A DNA stretch of 63,941 nt, filler included, from Octopus bimaculoides (lineage: Eukaryota): assembly GCF_001194135.2 (NCBI RefSeq). It is 6 parts of 5 records of this genome, joined end to end, with 100 filler letters (N's around TTAATTAATTAA, not from the genome) between each part and the next. Parts side by side here need not be neighbours in the genome. Positions count along the whole stretch, not along the records: positions 1 to 23,662 come from NC_068981.1; positions 23,763 to 40,237 come from NC_068983.1; 4 more parts are not named here. One strand, given 5' to 3'. The notes beneath the pieces are model-generated. The model was not told the origin of the DNA. It saw only the letters and a program-made list of their open reading frames with translations, and made no database searches. Position numbers and translations under genes: made by a program. Numbering within the stretch: the first letter of the stretch is position 1; each line of letters opens with the position of its first letter. Positions 11,600-23,794 of this stretch are shown here, in pieces.

Positions 11600-11850
11600 C
11601 ACCACCACCACCATCATCATCATCAATCTCATTTAACATCCACTTTCCATGCTGGCATGGATTAGACGGTTTGACTGAAACTGGTAAGCTGGAGAGCTGC
11701 ACCAGGTTCCAGTCTGATTTGGCATGGTTTCTACAGCTGGATGCCGTTCCTAATGCCAAACACTCCGAGAGTGTCATGGGTGCCTTTTATGTGCCACTAG
11801 CACAGGTACTGTTTACATGATGCTGGTAACAGTCACGACTACAATTTCAT
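11600..11850 (-). mobile_element. Truncated, diverged RTE 3' tail
   Basis: Same tail sequence (tttaacatccactttccatgctggcatgg...ctacagctggatgcc). Confidence 0.75.
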
Positions 11851-14116
11851 GGGTACCATTTACGCAAAAATAAAAAATTTAATCCTAGTTAAAGCCTTCA
11901 ACTTTTATAACTCAGTTGATTTAATATGATTTAAATTATTTAAATCAAATTGAAGAACAGGAGTAAATGAGCAAATTTACTTATATTTTTCTTGGATTCC
12001 AATAAATAGATTTTGCTGATATATTTCTCAACTTTGATGCATTAAACATGCTGGATGATAATTGAACTTATTTGGTCTCATGAATAAAATAATTTGATTA
12101 ATTCATTAATTAATTATGCATTATACAGAGTTCATTGGATAATCAGAAATTTTTAAACATTACCAACAAATGCACAGCTATGCAAATTAGATTATCCCCT
12201 TTAATTGACTCCTAGTTTTTCATCATCATCATCATCATTATAATGTCCATTGCTTTTCCATGCTTGCATGGGTTGGACAGAGTTTATTGATGTAGATTTT
12301 CTATGGTAGAATGCCCTTCCTGTTGTCAGCTCTTACCAATTTGCAAGCAAAATAATATTTCCAATGGCCAGATATGTTTTTATAGAATATTGAAACTGAA
12401 TGACTTTCATTTACAACTGCGTGATGTCAAGATGAGAACACAGACACACACACACACACACACATGCATACATTACAGGCTTCTTTCAGTTTCCATCTAC
12501 CAAATCCATTCACAAGGCTTTGATTGGCCTTAGGCTATAGTAGAAGATACTTGCTCAAAGTGCCATCTAGTTGAACTGGACCTGAAACCACGTAAAACTT
12601 CATAATCGCACACTTTTGTATGCACAATATAAATGGATATAGTCTTATCAGTCTCTCTGTAGTTAGAAAATGTAGGCCCTTGTTTTCCATTCAGTCTCCA
12701 AATAGAGATGAAACTAGTCAGCACTTAAAGTGCATTCTGTAATCTTTATTAGAGCATGTATATTTAAACTTGTATAAATTGAGTTACAAAGATGTATATG
12801 CATACTTCTCACTGTAAATTCTAGCTATTTAAGTAAAACGAGTATATGTGTGTATTGTGTGTGTGTTTCTGCATGTATGTGTTTGTGTGTGCTTGTGTAT
12901 ATGTGTGTGTGTTTGTGTGTGCATATGTGTACATATTTGTATTTGTATGTACGTGGGGGAAGGGACATTTGTATTCATTGAAATGATGGTGGCAGATGTT
13001 ATATACCATATTTGCTGCTGTATAAGAAGCATCTTAACATAAAACACTTCTAATTTACAAAGATATTTTGCAGGACCCCAACCCCACACAATAGATTATT
13101 TCAGTGTTTTCTATTGAAAGTGATTTTTGAGGAGAAAACATGATTTTGTGCATGTAAACACAGAATATATTTTGAAATCAAGTTCAAATCATATACATAC
13201 ATACATACATATAAAGTAACATTGTAACATCTTACTAACCTTGAAAAGAAAAATTTAATTTACTATTTATGAAAAATACCATACATTGATATCTATGAAT
13301 ACTGGTACATGCAGACAAAGCAAATATATTGGTAAAAACATGTCACAGAGCAAGCAGTAAAGTACAATAAACCTGAATAAATTTCTATAAATAACAAACA
13401 GGCTGACAGAGCAAGTAAATATTTTATCAATATTGGTACAGATGGAATAACAGTAAACAACAAAGTAAATATATAAAAAAGGAAGAAATGCATTCTAATA
13501 GAATCTGGTGTTTCAGTGAATAGTGTAGGCTTCATAGTAAATATAGTAATACAATAAATATTAACAGAAGAAAAGTATCATGAACACTAACCAAAGCTTT
13601 GTGAGTGAATTTGGTAGACAGAAACTGAGAGAAACATGTCGTGCGCATGCATGTGTGTGTGTTCATGCATGCTTGTATGAGTGTATCACTTTGTGTTTCT
13701 ATATCTTGAGATTATGTTTGTTGTTAAATGAATGTCATTCATTTCCAGTATTTTGAGAAAAGACACCTGGCCAGCCATAGGAAAATATTGCCTTCTTTGG
13801 AAGCAGGTATGGGTTGGTAATAGTAAGGGCATTTGGCTGTAGAAAATCTGCCTCAATATGCTCTGACCCATGCAGGCATGGAAAAGTGGATGTTAGAATG
13901 ATGATGGTTTGGATTATCTTAATATGCAAAACCTAAGAAATCACCATCTTCAGAATTCAGTAAACCACCATACTCAAAGCCTGAACTCTCATTTTCACTA
14001 CTGGCATCCATATTAAACACTCAACCTGTATTTCTTTGCATTAGGATCTGGTTCATCAATATTTTCTTCAAATAATAAGTCAACCACAATACTATCAGAA
14101 GCATTACTAATGCTCT

Positions 14117-14500
14117 CTCTTTTACTTGTTTCAGTCATTTGACTGTGGCCATGCTGGAGCACTGCCTTTTAGCCGAGCATATCGACCCCAGGACTTATTC
14201 TTTGTAAGCCTAGTACTTATTCTATCATCCCTTTTGCTGAACCGCTAAGTTACGGGGATGTAAACACACCAGCATCAGTTGTCAAGTGATGTTGGGTGGA
14301 CAAACACAGACACATAAACACACATACATATATATATATATGACGGGCTTCTTTCAGTTATTGTCTACCAAATTCACTCACAAGGCTTTGGTCGGCCCGA
14401 GGCTATAGTAGAAGACACTTGCCCAAGGTGCCACACAGTGGGACTGAACTCGGAACCATGTGGCTGGTAAGCAAGCTACTTACCACACGGCCACTCCTAC
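14117..14500 (-). mobile_element. Full-length tRNA-derived SINE, family A
   Basis: Minus-strand head ggagtggccgtgtggtaagtagc...ggttccgagttcagtccc, central (TA)/(TG) microsatellite, tail actgaaacaagtaaaagag. Many copies in the window. Confidence 0.88.
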
Positions 14501-17017
14501 ACCTACAATTTTTTTTTTTTGCAACTATTTTATAATTACCTTTTCTATAGCATTACATGAACTTTTTCCTTACTCACACACCTGTGTAATAAACCTCTTC
14601 CTTCTTCCAACCAAGTATTATTTCAAAATCTGTGGCTTGCATCTGTATGTTCCACTCTTCCTTCAAGAACCCTCGAAATGGTTTATTGGTTTGAGATACA
14701 TAAAAGCTACAAGTAACTGGTTAGGTCTGGTATTACAGTTAACTCAGCTGGTGGAATTCTGTTTTAAGGTCCTCATATAACCCCTCGTAACTTTTATTTT
14801 TTAGGAATATTCAGAAAATTTTTGCAAATTTGTGTTCTGCACATGAGAATTATGCAACCCCCACCACAAAAATCTTTTGTGTGTGATATTGCGTGTTATT
14901 TAGCTGTTATTTTTAGCATGATCACTTGATAGCTTCCTTGTTCCTTTGTCACTCTGATGTATTGATGTTTTTCAATATCTTTCTTCCCATAAACATATTT
15001 AATGGTCTATTGCTGGGATTTAAGCAAAAATATCCGTCTGTATTTTAAACTCTTAAAAAAAAAAAAAAAATTTGATAAATCCCCCTAAAGCAAAAATCTT
15101 TTTAAAATTCGAAAAATTGAAAACATTTTTTTTTTCATAGTCAATAGTCAATTCCTGTGTGTAGAACACATATTCAAAAGTTTCTGAAAATATAAAAAAA
15201 TTAAAAAGTTATGAGGAGTTAAATGGCATGCTTAGAGCAGAGTTATGCCACTCAGTCTTCATTTGTCCAACCCTCCTTTTAACCCTTTGGATACCAACCC
15301 ACCAGAGATTGCCCCTGGATCTATAATACAAATTTCATGTATTAAAATTATCTGAATTAAGAACTTCCATCAAAATTTCGAGTTAGTCTATGTTCCAAAC
15401 ACCAGCTGATCCTTTCTACAAAAGCATAAGGCCTGACATTTTTGTGGGGAGGGGACCATTCGATTACATCGACTCCAGTGATTCACTGGTACTTAATTTA
15501 TCGACCCTGAAAGGATGAAAGGCAAAGTCGACCTCAGCAGAATTTGAATTGAATCTTAATGATGACAGTTATTTTACTATATTCTTAATTATTTTCAAAA
15601 TGAATTGAAAGATGTTTCAATTAACTTTGCTTCATCCTTCCACTAGCCACCCCAGTCCTTCTGATATCATCACACTCTCTTCTGAACTCCTTCTTGGTCA
15701 CATATGTGAATGTCCATACCCTAGGTTATTAAGTACTCTTGGTACTTATACAGTTGCTCCTCTCATCCACTTTTGGCATTGCTCTACTGCTATTTCCCCT
15801 CTTTGGTCTACATGTCTTAGTTTACAATGTAAACTCTATATTGTCCTGTGTATAAAACATCATTCTTCTTGCACTGGTATCATAATGGAAAGCTGAAAAT
15901 TGCGCTTTGTGTGAATGGTGGATACGATAATCTCTCAAGTGATAGGCACATTTTTGTGCCCAGTATACACAGTAAAGTGGTTAGGAAATGAGCAGAGAAT
16001 GCATAGTACTCTGTGGTCCCTTCATTCAACTTCCCAAGTCTTGGTAACATGAGAAAACAGTACACCCTATAAAGTGGCTGGTTGTAGGAAGGGCATCTAA
16101 CTAGACATAAAAACCTAGCCAAATGGCGTATATGAACATCCAGCTACAGAAGCAGCAGCTCCCATTAAGAAATTACTTACACCGTGATGACCTAAACAGA
16201 AATGATGTTGGCTTTCATAGCCCTTCTGTCTCCACTCCATCTCACTCTTCTCCAGTGCATTCGTATCTTCTCACCTCCTTAACTCTTTATTCTGATTGAT
16301 GTGTGTTTGTGTGTGTGTGTGTGTTTCAAGTTGTTAGCAAGTGTTGTGCATCAAGATGGTTGAAAGTTTGCATAGGGACACATCTATTGAAGGAGAAGGC
16401 TGTAGTCTGTGTAATTTTTTATGATAACTTTACAAAAGATTTTAGTTTAATAATAATGAATGTGTATTTAATATAGAAGAATGTTTGAACTTTTTGCAAT
16501 GGAAAAGGAAAACGAGAGGGAGAATAAACATGAATATATTTAAGTGGTAGTGGTGGTGAGAAAACAATTATAATCAATTGTATTCTATATTGATGTTCAC
16601 TGCCCATTTTTTGTGTAAATATAGGAATCTTTTTTTTTTTTTGTATGTATATAAATATAGAAAAATGTTTTCGAATATATATTTTCTATGAACAAAAATT
16701 GATTTTGTAAATTGAAAAATTTTCAGTGTGGCCAAGGCAACTTTATTTTGGAAATCGGAGTAGTCTATATTTAAATACAAGAGATGGGAGAAAAAAAAAA
16801 ATGCGTTTTATGATGTTGAATCGGTTTTATTTCATATCTGTCTCTATGTCACTCATGTATATTGTCATTTAAGAAAAAAAATGTTTGTTTCATTCCTCTA
16901 AAACATTTTTGTATATGTGTATAAATATGTCAGTGAGGTGATGAGGAAAAACAATTATGGTTAATTGTAATTTTGTATTGATGTTCATTGAATTCTGATC
17001 ATATTGTCTACACATGT

Positions 17018-17465
17018 TTAACCCTTTAGCATTCAGATTGCTCTGTCAAATGTAATGCTTATTTATTTACATTGTTTTGAATTGACCCTTTAACATTGAA
17101 ACTGGTCATATCCAGCCCAAATTTTCTTCCTGATTTATGTTCAAACTTACCAACCCAAGCTTCTCACACCTACCCTACATGTCATTCTAAAAATAAACAA
17201 TCACATCATTGAAATCTCAGAGCCACAAGATAATGTGTGATTAATTCCAAACGATTTGAATAAATAAGTATTACATCTGACAGAATAATATGAATGATAA
17301 GGGGTTAATCAGGCCTTATCTCTTAGCTTTCAGATTTTGATGTGATTATATATTTTTATCATGACATTGTAGGGTAACTTTGAGAAGCTAGATTTGGTCA
17401 GTTTGAGCATAAAACAGGCAAGATATTTGGGCCGGATATGGCTGGTTTGAATACTAGAGGGTTAA
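17018..17465. mobile_element. TTAA-flanked piggyBac-like MITE containing a second, inverted copy (17082-17308)
   Basis: TTAA-ccct...gagggg-type ends (ttaaccct / gagggttaa). The inner copy is bounded by ttga-ccct and gggg-ttaa. Confidence 0.7.
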
Positions 17466-17939
17466 GCAGTTTAGGGTTGCAAGTTGGGTTATATGTCACA
17501 GATTATGCTATTTTTTTCAGGACTGCATGCAACTATTTTTTATAATATGAGCAAGGTGTCACCTTAAAAATCTTATTAAACATCATATCAGTTTCAAATT
17601 TTAGCACAAGGCCAGCAATTGTGAGATAAGGGTAAGTTCATCAACGCAGTGCTCAACTGATCTTATTTTATTGACCCTGAAAGGATGGAAGTCGAAGTTG
17701 ACCTCGGTGGAATTTGAACCTAAAATGTAAAGACATGAAATGCCACTAAACATTTGTCTGGTGTGCTAGTGAATATCTGTTTAAAAACATGAAGAAAAAT
17801 GTATAAAAAAAAGATTGAATTAAAAAATTAGAGATTTAAATGAGATGTTACCTTACAAAGTTAGTTTTACAATGTTTTTATGACAAATGGACAATGTAAC
17901 ACATGTCAGGCTATTAAAATTGCTATTTATTACTAATAG

Positions 17940-19545
17940 AGTTCATGTAGGTTTCCCTTTTGGCTGTAAGTTATTGAGAATCTGACTGATATGTACAAAT
18001 TAGCTCTGTTAGGTGATTGATTTGTAAAAATTGGCTCTGTTAGGTGATGGTTTGTAAGGTCTGCACAATGCTTCAATTTCACAAACTTCATTACAGAGTA
18101 CAGTGATTCACAGCAGTATGTTGTATTGATAATTGAGATGAGTCACACACTGGTTTTCTTTAGATCAGGATATTTTATTTTTGAAACTTGTTTCCGGAAC
18201 TCAGTTGTAGATTAAGATTTATGGATAATCCTTAGACCCAAGTCCGCCTATAATTCCATTAGTTTCATTTCTACAGCTAATGATTCCATGATTTGAGTTT
18301 TGAAAATTGGACAACCATCATCAACTTCATCTTCTGTAAGTCACCAAACCTGATTGAAAAATTATAAAGCAGTCTTTATTTATGTTTGTGATCTTCCAGT
18401 TTGTGGTCTTTTATTTCAATATCAGGAAATGTATTTATTCCCCTTTTGAGATTGGAGAAGTGACTGAAATTTCTTGATAATATATCTCTTTGAAAAGCTC
18501 TTATTTATTTTACTCTGGAAGCTGCAAAACCATCTGAGTGAAATCAGAAATAATCTTATCCTTCTCCTGAAGTGCTAAGTTGAGAGTTTGTAGATGACTC
18601 ATTGTATCCATATAGAACATCTGATCTTGCACCCATTCATCACTTTCCATTTGAGGCAAGGATCTTTTCTTTTCTTCAAGAAATGAAATAATAGGCTCCA
18701 ACATCCACAAGCCTATTCAAAGAATTGCTGGTTGATAGCCACCTCACAGTACAATAGAAAGATGCATCGCTGGGTTCATCTTTAAGCTCCAATTCTTCAA
18801 TAAAATTTCTGAACTGTTGATGGTTCTTCCCATTTAAGCACATGAAATTCGCACTTTCAAGAACAGTTTTCATAACATCTTCATTCTAGAAGTATCTAGC
18901 TACCACGTAGTCTCAATGGATAGGGAGAGGCTCTGGAAAGCTGAAATCATTTTTCATAAGTGTAATTAATCCTGTGTTCTCCTCCACCATTGCAGAAGCT
19001 CCATCTTTTGCAACACTGACAAGTTTATTTAGTGAAACACCAGCATTTGCTAAAGCTCAGGCAAATGTATTTTTCATGTCGACATCATGAGTTGTTTCTT
19101 TTAATCCCAGCAAATATAGCATCTCTTCTTTCACAATTATCTCAGAAGAAACATGATGAACAATTACTGCCAGTTGTGGATTATCTTGTACATCGGTTGA
19201 TTCATCAATTGCTAAACTAAATGCAAGGGAATGTGTAAAATCATTTTGCATTTTGCTTGCAACATCAGCACAGATATGAGAGATATGCCTCATTGTAGTG
19301 TGGCATGAAACTGGTGTTTGTGCTATTAGTTGCTGAAATTTTGTGATATTTGGATCTGAAACTGCAACAACATCAGCTGTATTCTTTTAAACAAATTTTC
19401 TATCAGATTCTGAGCATTTAGCACAAGTAATATTCCATGATATAACAAAACTTGCGCCAGTCATTGTACTGGCTTTCTTGTTGAATATTATCAACAGTGA
19501 CTGCTGGTTATTTAGTGAAGATTTTAACAAGTTTAATTTTGTCCA
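17940..19545 (-). mobile_element. Fossil hAT transposase (SPIN/Charlie/GTF2IRD2-like)
   Basis: Broken frames give AFSLAIDESTDVQDNPQLAV (first catalytic Asp), FYCTVRWLS, KYPDLKK and CESLYSVMKFVKLKHCADLTNHHLTE (C-terminal dimerisation region). There are multiple stops and frameshifts. The 5' part is interrupted by SINEs from about 19550 and possibly resumes near 20300-20450. Confidence 0.88.
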
Positions 19546-19653
19546 TGTTTTTTTGTGATGCCCTGTACCCAGATATGCATCTATATATACATGTAGATGT
19601 AAGTTTGTACATACATGTACGTATATATGCATATACTCACATATTATTTGTAT

Positions 19654-19688
<35 letters not shown>

Positions 19689-21432
19689 GTTTGTGTGTCT
19701 GTGTTTGTCTCCCTGACATTGCTTGACAACTGATGTTGGTGTGTTTACATCTCTGTAACCTAGTGGTTCGGCAAAAGAGACTGATAGAATAAGTATTAGG
19801 TTTACAAAGAATAAGTCCTGGGGTCGATTTGCTCAACTAAGGGCAGTGCCTCAGCATGGATGCAGTCAAATTAAAAGAATAAAATGATACCAACCTACTG
19901 GCTAAACAAGCAGGCCAACATTCCTCCCTGATTGGAAGGTGAGTTCATCAAAGGGTTACCCATTTACGGCTGAGTGGACTGGGGCAACATGAAATAAAGT
20001 GTTTTACTCAAGAACACAATGTGTCACTTGGTATGAGAATTGAACCTATGATCTAGCAATTATAAGTGCAATGCACAAACCACTAAGCCCCGTGCCTTCA
20101 CATGTGTGTGTTTGTTCCCTTATCACCACTTCTTGACAATTAGTGTTGTTTTTTTACTTAAACTTAATGATTTGGCAAAAGAGACTGATGGAATAAGCAG
20201 CAGATCAATTCGTTCAACTAAAACCATTCTAGGCAGTGCCCCAGTATGGTCGCAATCCAATGACTGAAACAAGTTAAAGACAAAATTTTTCCAAAATTCT
20301 TTTTTATCAAAATTTTATTAAATTGAAACACAGTATTTCAAATTCTCAGAAATTAAAAACAAAATCATACTAAACCGTTCAGTCCTGTGTTTTCTATGTA
20401 ATTTCATGGGATATAAATTGTTTTGATATTAGATGTAGATAACATCATCTATTTATAGCACAAATTTCTGTCTAGGTAAAAATAAAAATGTATTTCATTA
20501 CTACCAGTTTCAATTTTTGCTTTCTGACTACTTCATACCAACATTTACAACAATTTTGCATAATTCTGTCTGACATTGATCAATACAAATGCCAGTATGG
20601 ACATGCTTATGAAATATAATGAACATTTAGTACGTCGTACGTACTCATATGTTAATCGGACCAGTAGACAATTCACCCCAACTCTTTGTGTTTATAATAT
20701 TTTGGTTTCACTTCTAGACCTACATGTAAATTTCATATTGCTTTTTGTGAATACTGTTTGTTGCTTCTCTGGTGGTTGCATTTAATTAATAAACACACTA
20801 AACTGAAATAATCCCAGTTATTGCTATTACAGTCTGGCAAAGTTCTGGAACCATAGATATCATAGCAATGAGATTCTATGATCTACTCCCGGAACAGACA
20901 GGCGAACCAGTGCTTTTAAATCAGCACTCTTGATTGACTGACAATGTATGCAGCATCTTACAGCTAGCCAATAGAGAACAGCCTGTATTTGTGATGCATA
21001 CACTGAAGGCACACTCACATACAATGTATGTATATGTATCAGTGACAGCATGTGGCTTAGTGATTAGAATATTCAGCATGTGATTCTAAGGTCATGAGTT
21101 CAATTGCTGGTGGTGCGTTGTGCTTCATTTTATTTCATGTTGCTCTTGTCCATTCAGCTGGCGAAAGTGATTTGTACCTGTATTTCAAAGGGCCAGCCTT
21201 GTTATACTGAATCTCCCTGAAGGATATACATGTCTGTGTAGTGCTCCACTGCTTGCATGTTAATTTCACCAGCAGGCTGTTCTGTTGATTGGATCAACTG
21301 GAACCATCGTTGTCATAACTAATGGAGTGTAAGTAGTATGTATATGCATGTAGGTATATAGCTATATGTGTGTGTTTTTGTGTCTGTGTGTGTGACTTTA
21401 TGAGAGCGTATTAAGATTAAATTAACATTTAT

Positions 21433-21625
21433 TCTTTTATTTGGTTGTCATTTGACTGTGGCCATGCTGGAGCACTGCCTTTAGTCGAGAAAATCAGCCC
21501 CAGGACTTATTCTTTGTAAGCCTAGTACTTATTCTATTGGTCTCTTTTGCCATAAACTCACCAGCATCAGTTGTCAAGTGATGTTGGGAGTTACAAACAC
21601 AGACACACAAACATACACACATATA

Positions 21626-21686
<61 letters not shown>

Positions 21687-21838
21687 AACTTCTTTCAGTT
21701 TCTGTCTACCAAATCCACTCACAAGGCTTTGGTTGGCCTGAGGCTATAGAAGACACTTGCCCAAAGTGCCAGGCAGTGGGACTGAACCCAGAACCATGTG
21801 GTTGGTAAGCAAGCTACTTACCACACAACCACTCCTAC
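21433..21838 (-). mobile_element. SINE family A copy
   Basis: Colinear with 14117-14500. Confidence 0.85.
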
Positions 21839-23578
21839 GCCTAGTTATGAATTGGATTTAATAAACTTTATCAAAAATGCATTTATAATATCCACACAAT
21901 AACCTCTTGAGCAAACGCTTACTACTTGTTTGCTGACTTGATGCTAGTCAATTTCTGTTCATGAATTTCGTTTGCTACCCAACTGAAATGTATAACTTTG
22001 AGTAATATTATATTTACTTGTATCTATGGATAGCTGTAAGCTGTCTTTGGATAATTGTAAGCTATCTTTTAGCTTTTGTTCTAACAGACATGTGAATGAT
22101 AAGTCTTTCCTGTATATGCACATGACCGAGTATATAAATCGTTCATGAATTTTCTAAAGAAGCAATTTAACGTGTTTTGTTGTATTTTCTTAAGCATTGT
22201 TAGTATTATTATTTTTTTGTATGTGTTTCTAGCTGTCTTTCATTCATTTTCCAACACAGCAACATTTATGCACTCACAGCGCAACAACATTTATGCTCTT
22301 CAGCATACCTGATAACATGCTACTTAAACTGAGCCTCATAATTTTGTCTTTTTATATTAGTGCTCATGCTTTAGCATCTACTCATCTTTTTCTATCAGAA
22401 AGATAATGAAGTTTTGCAACACTTTTGCTAACAAACCTATGTATACACAGGTGAAAAATTTAGATTGATATGAACAATATAACAGACATTATCATTACAT
22501 GCACCTTTTGTTTTATAATAAAATCAAATACTCTGTAAGTGGTCAATGTTTTTTTTCATCTAACATCATCAGCATGTGTCTATTTACGACGCCAGTATTT
22601 CACATGGACTGTGTAATAACATGACCAACTTGCTCTAGATGCAGCAGGTGAGTGGCGGTATATATATTACTGTGTGCTGAAAATTTCAGGCCAGGTGTGA
22701 AGTTTAGTATATGATTTACAGGTAGTTTTTCATGCCCATGTACAAATAGTATGGGGTATTATACTTATCATGCAAAAACATAACTTTATTATAATAATTT
22801 GAATGCTTAGTTATACATTAGTTAACTTGGACAATAGATATACAGTACTTAATGGCATATAAAACACATTCCGTTTTTTTTTTTGCCAAAGAAAATCTCC
22901 AAAAACACACCCTGGTTTCTATATGCCTAGTTGGGTCTATATGTCATGCATTAAGGCACTAAATCTTTTTTTCCGTGAATATGCACTGCTGAAATTGGGA
23001 TGCATTTAATGTATCTGTGCATCTTTTATGCCATCAAGTACAGTAACTTACTTCTGGTCATGCTGTCAGAATTATGGCTACAGACTTGGAACCAGGTAAA
23101 TAGGTAACATTTAATTGTTGTGTGTATACACCTGTGTAATGTACAATACACACTTCTGGAAAAAGTGTTTATTGTACATGGTTATAATGTTTGATTTCAA
23201 GTTGGCTCTTGAACTCAAAACTGCAGTGAGCATTTTCATCCATCTCCTCCTATACTTATCTCATTTTACTACCTTACAATACACAGATATTCCTTCAGTT
23301 CATTCATTTATCTTCTGTCTGCTATGTCTACGAATAACTGCTAGCATTAATTTCTTTGCATAGAAATGGCACAGCCACTCAATCTCTACTCTTTTACTGT
23401 ACCCTTTACGCCATGTGCTCTTTCTGTTGAATTATACCCTAAGTCTATCTGAATTATGTTTTCATGGATGACAAACCAATCATACACTTTTAGTTACCTG
23501 CAATCCATTGTTCAATCAATTACACTGTGTAACACTATTTTTGTCCTTGAGTAAGAAATCATCATCATCATCATCATC

Positions 23579-23623
<45 letters not shown>

Positions 23624-23662
23624 ATGATGATGATGATCTTTTCTCCCGCCATGCCTCTGTCT

Positions 23663-23762
23663 NNNNNNNNNNNNNNNNNNNNNNNNNNNNNNNNNNNNNN
23701 NNNNNNTTAATTAATTAANNNNNNNNNNNNNNNNNNNNNNNNNNNNNNNNNNNNNNNNNNNN
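23663..23762. other. Artificial scaffold linker (44 N + TTAATTAATTAA + 44 N)
   Basis: Exact 100-nt pattern; the 12-mer has stops in all six frames. Confidence 0.92.

Positions 23763-23794
<32 letters not shown>

Noticed and set aside
13293-13535. Hydrophobic 80-aa minus-strand ORF resembling a membrane protein
   Set aside because: Hydrophobicity follows from T-richness; no motif and no convincing splice sites.
13935-14110. Acidic minus-strand peptides (…SEDGDFLGF) like a piggyBac/pogo N-terminus
   Set aside because: Too short and broken to assign.
16175-16193. 11-nt minus-strand microexon-like signal (tttAG|GTCATCACGGT|GTaagt)
   Set aside because: Isolated, short pyrimidine tract, no host gene; expected by chance in 64 kb.
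20832-20935. Possible terminal exon WQSSGTIDIIAMRFYDLLPEQTGEPVLLNQHS*
   Set aside because: Weak acceptor, no recognised homology, no supporting upstream exons, and it lies next to the hAT 5' region.
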